A DNA stretch of 37,345 nt from a virus (Duplodnaviria > Caudoviricetes). Positions within the stretch are counted from its first letter, which is position 1. Each line of letters opens with the position of its first letter. A program made the position numbers and the translations under genes. Shown in pieces: positions 27,342 to 34,921 of the stretch. The DNA is taken from the IMG/VR virus record IMGVR_UViG_3300021560_000040, positions 1-37,345 of that record; one strand, given 5' to 3'. The notes under the pieces were generated by a model. That model was not told where the DNA came from. It saw only the letters and a program-made list of their open reading frames with translations, and ran no database searches.

Positions 27342-28106
27342 ATGCTGCTCTCTCCGCACAAGTACCCTGAGCGCATACTTCTGTACGGCGAACCTGGCAC
27401 GGGGAAGTCCCATGCTGTCATCACTCTCGCCAAGTTCCTTGAAGCTACACACTCTGACGCCTACATCCGCGTCCTCGACAATGACCGGTCCTACCGTCGT
27501 GCTGTTGAGAACAACAACCTATCCCATGTTGCCGTGGAGGACGTTTACGATTTCCCGGAGTACCGTAAATCGCTCACCGAGTTCCTCCGCGCCAGTCAAC
27601 CTAATGACTGGCTTGTCTGCGACCTCATGTCCGAGGCTTGGACGGCTGCCCAGACTTATTATACCGAGTCTGTCTACGGTGACGATGCCAATTATTTCAT
27701 GCAGGTTCGTGCCGCGATGACGAACCCGAACAAGGAGAACGTCCTCGAAGGCTGGACTGATTGGCAGTTCATCAACAAGCAGTATTTCGCATTCGCTAAG
27801 CCCTTCGTCTACAAGTCCCCGTGTAACATCATCGCCGTATCTACAGCCGATCCCCTGAATCGTACTGGCCGCAACGTCGATGATAAAGAAACTGTCAGTG
27901 TCTATAATCAGGTCGGCTGGAAACCCGAAGGACAGAAACGGTTGAAGCATCAGTTCGACACCACCATCTTCATGTTCAAGGACAACTCCTCCAACTATCG
28001 GATGACATCGGTGAAGGACCGCGACCGCGCCCTACTCGTCTCCCGCCCCGTCAACAACTTCGCCATCGACTACCTCGTCACCACCGCTGGGTGGACAATC
28101 ATCTGA
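27342..28106 (+). CDS. P-loop ATPase, AAA_24/Sak4-like recombination protein
   Basis: RILLYGEPGTGKS, VLDND, WLVCD; adjacent to the exonuclease. Confidence 0.75.
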   Translation: MLLSPHKYPERILLYGEPGTGKSHAVITLAKFLEATHSDAYIRVLDNDRSYRRAVENNNLSHVAVEDVYDFPEYRKSLTEFLRASQPNDWLVCDLMSEAWTAAQTYYTESVYGDDANYFMQVRAAMTNPNKENVLEGWTDWQFINKQYFAFAKPFVYKSPCNIIAVSTADPLNRTGRNVDDKETVSVYNQVGWKPEGQKRLKHQFDTTIFMFKDNSSNYRMTSVKDRDRALLVSRPVNNFAIDYLVTTAGWTII

Positions 28107-28472
28107 TGCCTCGGTCAGCGGGTTCTCCAACGTCTGATTACTGCTGCCCGACTCCTCAATGCTCGTATCCAGACCACTGTGAGATTCTGTGGTACGCCCA
28201 GGCCCTACGTACTGCATCGTTACTCGGCCTGAATCTGTATCAATATCTCTATGGACCCTTCCCCCAATCTCCTCCACAAAGCAGTCAATGTGCCAATACT
28301 CAGGAACATTGAACAGCCCCCCTGTCTCTATTATCCTCCAACTGTCCACTTCCACGCCTTGATCGTGCGCGTGAATCCGCGTGTTGCATCCCACACACAC
28401 CTGACCCACAGGAGTCGCCATATGCGCGCCCTCGCAAACCGGAGCGCCCCAGTCCTGCCCGAACCAACGCAT
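28032..28472 (-). CDS. Cys/His-containing hypothetical protein on the opposite strand
   Basis: SD GGGAAGGAG; MRWFG..WGAPVC...TPVGQVCVGC...H.DC; fills the gap between two + strand genes. Confidence 0.7.
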   Translation of the reverse strand: MRWFGQDWGAPVCEGAHMATPVGQVCVGCNTRIHAHDQGVEVDSWRIIETGGLFNVPEYWHIDCFVEEIGGRVHRDIDTDSGRVTMQYVGPGRTTESHSGLDTSIEESGSSNQTLENPLTEASDDCPPSGGDEVVDGEVVDGAGDE

Positions 28473-28497
28473 TCGATACTCCTTCCCTGTTGTTAGG

Positions 28498-29241
28498 GTG
28501 TTAGTCCTCGTCTCCCCTACTGAGCACTCCCCTGCCATCGCCTCCCTCGGTCGCTACTCTACAATTCCGGAGTCGCAGGGTTGTGATGTCATCATCTACC
28601 ACGCTTCTATATGTCTCGGCGTTCAGCGTAAAGAGGTACATGACCTGATCGTCTCCATTCAGGACGGTCGGGTCGCCAAAGAAATAGCTCAGATGACAAC
28701 TTCCCCAATTCTCTCCCATTCTGCTGTCTTCATTGAGGGACAGTTCAAATTCACAACTGACGGTGTACTTGCGGACCCCCATGTCCGTTCGAATTTCTCC
28801 CGCGAAGCTCTGAACATGTTCATCGTCGGTCTGCAACTCCAGGAGATAATCACTGTCGTCACCGACTCTCCAGTCACCACCGCTTCCAACATTCTCGCCC
28901 TCGCTACCTATCTCGCCAAGCCCCATCACGCCTCCCTCACCCGTCGCCCGAATCCCCCGCGTTCACCCTGGGGCCAGGTAACCAACCGCGACTGGTGCAT
29001 CCATCTCCTCCAGTCGTTCCCCGGTGTCGGTCCAGACCTGGCAGGGCGTATCTACGACCACTTCTCCACTCTGCCAATGGCCTGGACCTGCACCGAGGAT
29101 GACTTACTCGCCATCCCCGGTATCGGTCCTACCCTTGCCCGTCGCCTCCTATCGTCCCTTCGTCCATCGCCGCCTGAGCCTCGTCCCCTATCGTCAGACT
29201 CCTCTCGTACTCCAGCCTCTGCAAGTCCTCGAACTCCTTGA
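28498..29241 (+). CDS. ERCC4/XPF-type structure-specific nuclease with tandem HhH
   Basis: CDV...GVQRKEVHDL..SI.DGR...E, FIEG; HhH motifs LQSFPGVGPDLA and LLAIPGIGPTLA. Confidence 0.85.
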   Translation: MLVLVSPTEHSPAIASLGRYSTIPESQGCDVIIYHASICLGVQRKEVHDLIVSIQDGRVAKEIAQMTTSPILSHSAVFIEGQFKFTTDGVLADPHVRSNFSREALNMFIVGLQLQEIITVVTDSPVTTASNILALATYLAKPHHASLTRRPNPPRSPWGQVTNRDWCIHLLQSFPGVGPDLAGRIYDHFSTLPMAWTCTEDDLLAIPGIGPTLARRLLSSLRPSPPEPRPLSSDSSRTPASASPRTP

Positions 29242-29482
29242 AGCTCATATCCAGCCATCCCTCGACTGGCCCGTCCTCTGCTGGCTTGTTCTTCACTTTG
29301 AACATAATCCTCGCCCGAATCTCCCTATCGTTGTGCACCATCGTCCACGCGACGACGTGAATCCCCTCCGGGTCCAGTGTCTCTACGAACTCCCAAGCCA
29401 GCGCCCTGTTACTATTCCTCCGCCACGCCTGCTTGTTGATCCTCTCGACCTCATCCGTTGTCATCAATATGGCTGTCGGCAT
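29129..29482 (-). CDS. Hypothetical protein
   Basis: 117 aa; end of the leftward gene chain. Confidence 0.7.
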   Translation of the reverse strand: MPTAILMTTDEVERINKQAWRRNSNRALAWEFVETLDPEGIHVVAWTMVHNDREIRARIMFKVKNKPAEDGPVEGWLDMSFKEFEDLQRLEYERSLTIGDEAQAAMDEGTIGGDGQG

Positions 29483-29750
29483 CGCCTTTATTGTCCTCTC
29501 CCTCTTCTATTTCCTCATTAACCCGCACGTTCACCCTCACCACCATCCTCTGAGGTGGCCTGTTCTCCCGATTCCAGTATAGAATCGCCCGCGAGCTGAT
29601 GAACTGAGAAATCTGCAAAAGAAACGCGTCAAGCGCTTCACTCGACCAACTCCTATCCGGTTCTCTCTCCCTACCCTCCTTCGTCCTGTCTATCTCGAAC
29701 GTGAAATCCTCACCCTCCACGTCGAACCAATCGCCCGGCTTCTTACTCAC
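29451..29750 (-). CDS. Hypothetical protein
   Basis: GTGA coupling with upstream gene. Confidence 0.65.
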   Translation of the reverse strand: MSKKPGDWFDVEGEDFTFEIDRTKEGREREPDRSWSSEALDAFLLQISQFISSRAILYWNRENRPPQRMVVRVNVRVNEEIEEGEDNKGDADSHIDDNG

Positions 29751-30091
29751 CCTCCTCCATTCCCCTTCCTATTCCTCTCCCTATCCCTCTCCCTTTCCCT
29801 CTCCCTATCTATCCTCTCCTCCCTCTCCAACATCTCCCTCAGCAACTCCCCATCGTTACTCATCACCACCATGTAATTCCCCTTGACGAAATCGAACTCC
29901 TTCCCGCACTCGCTACATTCCATCCTCGGGTACACAGTGTTCGGCTCCTGGAACATCGGCCGCGCACCGCACCATGGGCATGTCGCCTTGAAGAACACAT
30001 GACATGCAACGCCCTTCCTCAGATTCTCGCTAATCACCTCCTCCGCGCTCTCGACCAGTTCCCTAACCGGATAGTCGTTGTACTCGCTCAT
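29747..30091 (-). CDS. Zinc-ribbon protein
   Basis: ATG 30091; CPWCG...CSECG; ER-rich tail. Confidence 0.7.
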   Translation of the reverse strand: MSEYNDYPVRELVESAEEVISENLRKGVACHVFFKATCPWCGARPMFQEPNTVYPRMECSECGKEFDFVKGNYMVVMSNDGELLREMLEREERIDRERERERDRERNRKGNGGG

Positions 30092-30098
30092 GTCCCCT

Positions 30099-30260
30099 TC
30101 AGTCGAACCATTTCCGTCTTGTCGCTCCGCAGTAGCAAATGAAATCGGTGTACCCATATCCCACACCCATAACCTCTTGCCAGACGTGATCCCTACGGCG
30201 ACGGTGGAACCACAGATGCTGTGAGGCGATCCGAAGATCAACCATCGGGATTACTCTCAT
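30099..30260 (-). CDS. 53-aa protein with HVW...CYCG (not in ORF track)
   Basis: Manual translation MRVIPMVDLRIASQHLWFHRRRRDHVWQEVMGVGYGYTDFICYCGATRRKWFD; ATGA overlap. Confidence 0.55.
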   Translation of the reverse strand: MRVIPMVDLRIASQHLWFHRRRRDHVWQEVMGVGYGYTDFICYCGATRRKWFD

Positions 30261-30499
30261 GCCCCACCATCCCCGCCATCTCCCTTTCCTCTCTCGAAAT
30301 GGCTCTCCTCATACCTCGCTACCCTATCGCAGCCTCTACACACGACAGTTACCTCGTCCGTACTCATCCAGCCACCCGCCACCTTAAATGCGGCGATGAC
30401 CTCCTTATGAGTCGTCGTCTGGTAGATGAGGTCATCGGCACACCGATGCCACCATCGCCCATCCTCCTTCAACCACTCGTCGGGTAACTGTCTCTCTAT
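30257..30499 (-). CDS. Hypothetical protein with H.C...CxxC; start uncertain
   Basis: Non-overlapping part of ORF 30257..30655; GGAGGT upstream of an in-frame ATA at 30499. Confidence 0.5.
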   Translation of the reverse strand: MERQLPDEWLKEDGRWWHRCADDLIYQTTTHKEVIAAFKVAGGWMSTDEVTVVCRGCDRVARYEESHFERGKGDGGDGGA

Positions 30500-30828
30500 G
30501 ATCCGAGGAACCTCCGCTCGTATTCCATCCTGAACGACTGCCGACTGGTGTAGGCGTTGCTGTCGTACCCATCGCGGATTCCCCGTAGTGTCTCTGTATA
30601 TCCGAGCGAATATACGTAGTTGCGACTTACTACAATCCCCGAATTCCTCCCCCATAGCTCCCTCTTAATCGTCTGGCATCTGACGCACAAGAAACTCACT
30701 GGCATGTCCACGATGCTCTGCATGTCGATATGCCAATCATCCTGGGGGTAGTCCTCCCACTCATGCCCCAGTAGCCCGCATCTCAGATACTCCTCAGTCT
30801 CCCGCTTAGTCGGAGGGCGTGTGCTCAA
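30496..30828 (-). CDS. Hypothetical protein (C...GH.W...C.RC)
   Basis: TTG start with GAGGA; putative metal-binding motif. Confidence 0.7.
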   Translation of the reverse strand: MSTRPPTKRETEEYLRCGLLGHEWEDYPQDDWHIDMQSIVDMPVSFLCVRCQTIKRELWGRNSGIVVSRNYVYSLGYTETLRGIRDGYDSNAYTSRQSFRMEYERRFLGS

Positions 30829-30976
30829 GTTTCATCCTCTCGTATGTTGCAATCGCCCATTCTCGGGCTGCAATCTCAACCCCCGGTGCTAATCTAAACC
30901 CACTGGGGAAGGCCCCTGCCATAAACCCGTCGATCCACCCTTTCCTATAGTCCTCCTCTCTCACGACTCCCGCCAT
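30806..30976 (-). CDS. 56-aa hypothetical protein (not in ORF track)
   Basis: TGATG coupling; MAGVVREEDYRKGWIDGFMAG... Confidence 0.55.
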   Translation of the reverse strand: MAGVVREEDYRKGWIDGFMAGAFPSGFRLAPGVEIAAREWAIATYERMKLEHTPSD

Positions 30977-31656
30977 CATCCAATCTCCTTCACGATCTTT
31001 CTCAACCTCGGCAGGTCGCTCATCAACAGCTCCGTCAGCGTCTGCCTCAACTCCGCGTTCTCACGTTGCAGATGGCGAATGACCTCGCCCATCTCACCCG
31101 CGATCACCTGTGGCTCACTTCCCGCCAACGCCTGTCTCGTCTCCGCTTCCCTCGTTGCCTTCGCCGCTTCCCTCGCCCTCGTTATATGCCTCCCGCGAAT
31201 CTTCACGTCCAACAATGAGAACCCGTCCTCTTCGATGAACTTCTTCATCGCGGGCTCATACTCCTCCCACGCCCCCGCCAACCTCATACTTACCGCTTGT
31301 TTTGCCCCCTGTGTCGCCCACTCCACATGGATCAGATGCCTGTCCTCCAGCTCAGCCCTCGTCCTCCTGACATAGCTGACTGGATCGGCACCACTCCTCG
31401 GATACCCCATGCCATAGGCAATCTCCCTATGCCACTGGTTCGAGTCCTGCTTCGGGTCCTTCCTCGTCTCATATCCCGGTTGCGTGTACAGCCACGCCAT
31501 GAACCGAATGTTCCTGGCAGTCCCACTCGCCCCGTTCTCCCACCACTTCACCTCGGTCCCGCCAGCCGCCACTTCCTCCCTACTCGGGAACACGACCCCT
31601 TCCATCAGCCTGTCCATCTCTCTCTTGTCCTCGTCGTTCTTCGCCTGAAACGGCAT
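30976..31656 (-). CDS. Putative winged-helix DNA-binding protein with C-terminal coiled coil
   Basis: HREIAYGMGY...VSYVRRTRAELEDRHLIHVEW. Confidence 0.6.
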   Translation of the reverse strand: MPFQAKNDEDKREMDRLMEGVVFPSREEVAAGGTEVKWWENGASGTARNIRFMAWLYTQPGYETRKDPKQDSNQWHREIAYGMGYPRSGADPVSYVRRTRAELEDRHLIHVEWATQGAKQAVSMRLAGAWEEYEPAMKKFIEEDGFSLLDVKIRGRHITRAREAAKATREAETRQALAGSEPQVIAGEMGEVIRHLQRENAELRQTLTELLMSDLPRLRKIVKEIG

Positions 31657-31662
31657 CTGTGT

Positions 31663-31791
31663 CTACTCCCCTTCCTTTGTCGCTGCCACCAAGGCCAACA
31701 TCGCGTACACGTTCGCCTTGGCCCTCCCAGTCGGAGTGCCCTCCTCCAACTCCTTCTCCGCCAACTCTGCGTACTGATCCGCCGTCTTCAT
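31663..31791 (-). CDS. 42-aa helical protein
   Basis: ATG 31791 after GGAAGGA; MKTADQYAELAEKEL... Confidence 0.55.
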   Translation of the reverse strand: MKTADQYAELAEKELEEGTPTGRAKANVYAMLALVAATKEGE

Positions 31792-31796
31792 TACTA

Positions 31797-32240
31797 TCAG
31801 TCCTTCCCAATCAAGGTGGCTCTGTACAAGTTGCCTTCCTCGTCTTTGACGTACATATCGTTCGCGCTGGACCATCTGCTCTCCCTGACCGAGTACGCAA
31901 TCACTGTCATCAGGATCAGTCTCTCCCCCGGCTTTGTAATCGCCGGTCTCTGTCTCTCTGATCCCCCTGCTGCCGTTGTCTCCCCCGTCTCCCCCGTCTC
32001 CCCCGTCACCTGTTCCATCTTGTAACTCTCCGGCACCTCGTTCAGCCGGTACTCACCGCGCTTAATCACCGCGATGCCCCAGCCTTTCCCCTTCAACCCT
32101 TGAATCGCCCCACTCACCTGCTGAGTCGTCAGGTTCAAGTCCCTTGCCAATTGCCTGAGAAACACTGTCCTCCCCAGCCTTGAAATCAGGTGGGTCCCGA
32201 CGACTCCCTCTATCGAATACTGCGGTGGTCTCTGCACCAT
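31797..32240 (-). CDS. Winged-helix HTH protein
   Basis: ATG 32240, SD GGAAGGA; VFLRQLARDLNLTTQQVSGAIQGL...IAVIKRGEYRL. Confidence 0.75.
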   Translation of the reverse strand: MVQRPPQYSIEGVVGTHLISRLGRTVFLRQLARDLNLTTQQVSGAIQGLKGKGWGIAVIKRGEYRLNEVPESYKMEQVTGETGETGETTAAGGSERQRPAITKPGERLILMTVIAYSVRESRWSSANDMYVKDEEGNLYRATLIGKD

Positions 32241-32288
32241 CCCTACATCCTTCCCACAATCACAAATCGTCCTCTCCACACAACATCC

Positions 32289-32329
32289 GCCGGGGGCAGG
32301 GCGGAAAGGACAAGGACCCTGCCCCCGGC
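32289..32329 (-). promoter_or_regulatory. 13-bp perfect hairpin with anti-SD-like loop
   Basis: GCCGGGGGCAGGG / CCCTGCCCCCGGC; loop TCCTTGTCCTTTCCG on the - strand. Confidence 0.65.
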
Positions 32330-32332
32330 TTG

Positions 32333-32388
32333 TGGCGTGGCAGGGAGTCGAACCCTGCCCAACTCCACCAAACTCCACCACTCACGCC
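32333..32388 (-). ncRNA. Minimal tRNA-like element lacking an anticodon arm
   Basis: Acceptor GGCGTG/CACGCC+A; D-loop-like TGGTGGAGTTTGGT; T-arm CAGGG-TTCGACT-CCCTG; 56 nt. Confidence 0.6.
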
Positions 32389-32465
32389 TACCTTGTCATT
32401 CGCCAACCACTTACCACCATGGCGACAATCGCACCCACCATCACCCAACTCCAAATCTCTCTCAC
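32388..32465 (-). CDS. 25-aa membrane peptide MREIWSWVMVGAIVAMVVSGWRMTR
   Basis: GTGA coupling, purine-rich SD, one hydrophobic helix. Confidence 0.45.
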   Translation of the reverse strand: MREIWSWVMVGAIVAMVVSGWRMTR

Positions 32466-32575
32466 CTCCTTCTCCTCCACCATCGCCTCCCCATGTGGCA
32501 ATGGTGCATACACTCGCCCTTGTACATCCACCCGCCACCATCACACTCCCAGCAACACTTACCCCTCCACGGCAT
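32462..32575 (-). CDS. 37-aa Cys/His-rich peptide
   Basis: SD AAGGAG; MPWRGKCCWECDGGGWMYKGECMHHCHMGRRWWRRRR. Confidence 0.45.
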   Translation of the reverse strand: MPWRGKCCWECDGGGWMYKGECMHHCHMGRRWWRRRR

Positions 32576-32900
32576 CCTTCAACTCCTTCATCCCTCTCCT
32601 GAATTGGAACCCTCGGCCCATCATCGCCCTCTGCTCACCCGAGAACTCAAACCCGTCCACTGCCTCGGCGATCTGGTACATGAGACTCAGCGCGCTGACT
32701 GCCTCTGTCTCATCCCCCTCATTCAAGAACGGGAAGTACGCGCCCTTGAACGTGCTCCTCTCGTCCTTCATCTGAATCGTTATCAAATCCTCCCCAATGA
32801 ACGGCTCTGCAATCTGGTGTGCAATCGCCAATCCACTCCCACAGAAGATGTCATGGCCGTCATACTCGGCCAATTCCTCAATCGCTTCCCTCTTGTCCAT
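32559..32900 (-). CDS. Hypothetical protein
   Basis: 113 aa in the leftward chain. Confidence 0.7.
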   Translation of the reverse strand: MDKREAIEELAEYDGHDIFCGSGLAIAHQIAEPFIGEDLITIQMKDERSTFKGAYFPFLNEGDETEAVSALSLMYQIAEAVDGFEFSGEQRAMMGRGFQFRRGMKELKDAVEG

Positions 32901-33252
32901 TACCCTCTTCTTCTCTCACCTCACACACGATCCTCTTATGTTCCCTCTCGGCCTGTTCCTTAGTCTCCCACCTCCACTGTTCCCCATCCATCTTCCCGCC
33001 GAACACCATCGTCTCGAAGATCAGCGGTCTGCCATCGCCAGTCCACCGGTGATTGATCCCCAGCCACACTGTGCTGACCCTGCACTCGCCCACCTGATCC
33101 AGCCCGATTCTCTTGTACTCGTACTCGTCACCCCCCGTCCCCTTAATCAGCTCACCCCACTCCTCCAACTCAATCGGCTTCCCATTGATGTCGAAGAACA
33201 TCCCCTCAAACACCGCACCCTCCCCATATTCAGTTGTCATTGGAGTCTCCAT
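32878..33252 (-). CDS. Hypothetical phage protein (VSTVWLG.NH...PLIFETMVF...A...H motif)
   Basis: Motif pattern familiar from phage hypothetical proteins; start at 33252 or 33240. Confidence 0.75.
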   Translation of the reverse strand: METPMTTEYGEGAVFEGMFFDINGKPIELEEWGELIKGTGGDEYEYKRIGLDQVGECRVSTVWLGINHRWTGDGRPLIFETMVFGGKMDGEQWRWETKEQAEREHKRIVCEVREEEGNGQEGSD

Positions 33253-33276
33253 CTACATCTACATCTTTATCTATCG

Positions 33277-33392
33277 TGGGTTAGGCAGGTCCCGAACCTG
33301 CATCTCCAACCTTGTGTACGTCCTATTGCCGTCTGCCTAGGACACGCGCTCAACGTACATCTTGTGGCGATCTACGATTGATCTACTAACCC
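33277..33392 (-). ncRNA. tRNA-like element with enlarged anticodon arm (116 nt)
   Basis: Acceptor GGGTTAG/CTAACCC+A; TA at 8-9; D arm GATC-AATCGTA-GATC; T arm GCAGG-TTCGGGA-CCTGC; ~60-nt structured arm replaces the anticodon stem-loop. Confidence 0.65.
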
Positions 33393-33396
33393 AGGT

Positions 33397-33443
33397 GGGG
33401 CGAATGTGGCTGGCTCTCCCAACCAACCAACCACACTCGCCCC
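33397..33443 (-). other. 17-bp hairpin between the AAA+ stop and the tRNA-like element
   Basis: GGGGCGAGTGTGGTTGG / CCAGCCACATTCGCCCC; mismatches are G-U pairs only on the - strand. Confidence 0.65.
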
Positions 33444-33451
33444 AGGCCCCT

Positions 33452-34921
33452 CTACCTCTCTGTCACCTCCTCCGGCAGCTCCAATCGCGCGAAGATGTCG
33501 TCGTGACCGTCTCTCCTCACCGCGACACCCTCGACGCTGTGTTGTGAAATCCGCTTGAACGCGTTCTCCAGTGAATCCACCTTCGGCGCGTCACTCGCAG
33601 CTTCCATCAGCTCCAACTGTGGCCGCAGACTCTTCGCAGCCTTCAAGAAGTCGTCGGTCGTCAGCATGGTCACTCCGCTGCCTTCCTTGACTCCTCGCAC
33701 CATGTTCTTGACCATCGCCCGGTCCACCATCTCCCGGACAAATGCTGGCAAGAACCCATCCGCTGCCTGCCCGACGCTCACCCAGTCAACGTCATCCGCG
33801 ATCTTCCCTTCCGGTGCGACCGCGTATGCCATCCTCCTCACGCCGTCACTGTCCAACTTGCCAATGTGGATCATTCCGTCGATCCGTCCTGGCCTCGTCA
33901 GACCCTTGTGCAACTGCTCCACCTTGTTCGTCGTGAACATCAGCTGCATTCGCAGCCCCTTGCTTTGTATCCCGTCGAAGATGTCCAGTATCCTCGACAT
34001 CGTCTGGCTCTCTGAATCCACGTTCCCGATGATGTCGATGTCCTCGAAGAACACCACAGACGGCTGATACAGCTTCGCCGTCTGCATACACTCCTCGAAG
34101 TTATCTCTCCCCGGTCTGCAATACACGAACGTCACGCCATTCGCGACTGCCTTCTGTGCCGTCAAGTATCCGCCGAGCGTCTTGCCCGTCCCATACTCGC
34201 CGTACATCGCCGTGGACCGCTTCGTCCCGACGCCCAACGCTTCCAATTCATCGGGGTGCTCGATGAACTGCCACACGTTCTCGTCCAACTCCTCCATCGT
34301 GTCGTGGTTGTAGATGACCTTCTTCGCATCCACCCCACTCAAATCGATGAAGTTTGGCATCTCCTCGCCGTCGAAGCACTTGCCACGATAGATGCTTCTC
34401 TGTCGTAGCTCCTCTTCCACCACTCGAAAGATGCCCTCCGCGATGCCGCCGTCCTTCTTCGGGCATTCGATGGTCAACTGAAACAGTATCCCATCTTCCT
34501 TACTCGGCGCCTTGCCCGTGTAGATGTGTCCCCGTTGAAACCCTGGAACTTGGAACTCACCCCACGGACACCGCACCGTCTCGTTCACTCCGACTGGGAT
34601 GTCAATGAACGTCGCCTGCGTGAACAGGCTATTGGGCATCCTCACAACTCCAAATGCATTCTTCAATGCATTGAAAGTCGCCACCGCGCCGTCCCACGGA
34701 CGGAACTTGTACGTCTTCGTGAACGTCGCCATCTCCCGCTGCTCCGAATCCCACGCGTAGATGAAATCCGCAGCATCGGTCGGACGTTCCCGCATCGTGG
34801 CAGGAAGGATGATGCGCTTCCCTTCGAAGACAACATCGTCTTCGCCAGTCAGCCCACCACCCAACTCTCGCAACGTTTCCAGCACCGCTGCGACAGCCTT
34901 ATCCTGTGTCGTCTCCGGCAT
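33452..34921 (-). CDS. Classic-clade AAA+ ATPase (489 aa)
   Basis: GEYGTGKT, VVFFEDID, TTN, LTRPGRID (second region of homology); SD GGAGGT, ATG 34921. Confidence 0.9.
   Translation of the reverse strand: MPETTQDKAVAAVLETLRELGGGLTGEDDVVFEGKRIILPATMRERPTDAADFIYAWDSEQREMATFTKTYKFRPWDGAVATFNALKNAFGVVRMPNSLFTQATFIDIPVGVNETVRCPWGEFQVPGFQRGHIYTGKAPSKEDGILFQLTIECPKKDGGIAEGIFRVVEEELRQRSIYRGKCFDGEEMPNFIDLSGVDAKKVIYNHDTMEELDENVWQFIEHPDELEALGVGTKRSTAMYGEYGTGKTLGGYLTAQKAVANGVTFVYCRPGRDNFEECMQTAKLYQPSVVFFEDIDIIGNVDSESQTMSRILDIFDGIQSKGLRMQLMFTTNKVEQLHKGLTRPGRIDGMIHIGKLDSDGVRRMAYAVAPEGKIADDVDWVSVGQAADGFLPAFVREMVDRAMVKNMVRGVKEGSGVTMLTTDDFLKAAKSLRPQLELMEAASDAPKVDSLENAFKRISQHSVEGVAVRRDGHDDIFARLELPEEVTER

Noticed and set aside
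31974-32008. 9-bp tandem repeat GTCTCCCCC
   Set aside because: Encodes a GETGETGET linker in the wHTH protein; ordinary coding microsatellite.
32260-32332. Theta/HDV-like ribozyme 3' of the tRNA-like element
   Set aside because: Could not build the nested P3/P1.1 core or the J4/2 catalytic C; a simple H-type pseudoknot fits better.
32333-32360. attP from a tRNA 3' end
   Set aside because: No integrase recognised, and the matching 5' acceptor strand is present; kept only as an alternative explanation.
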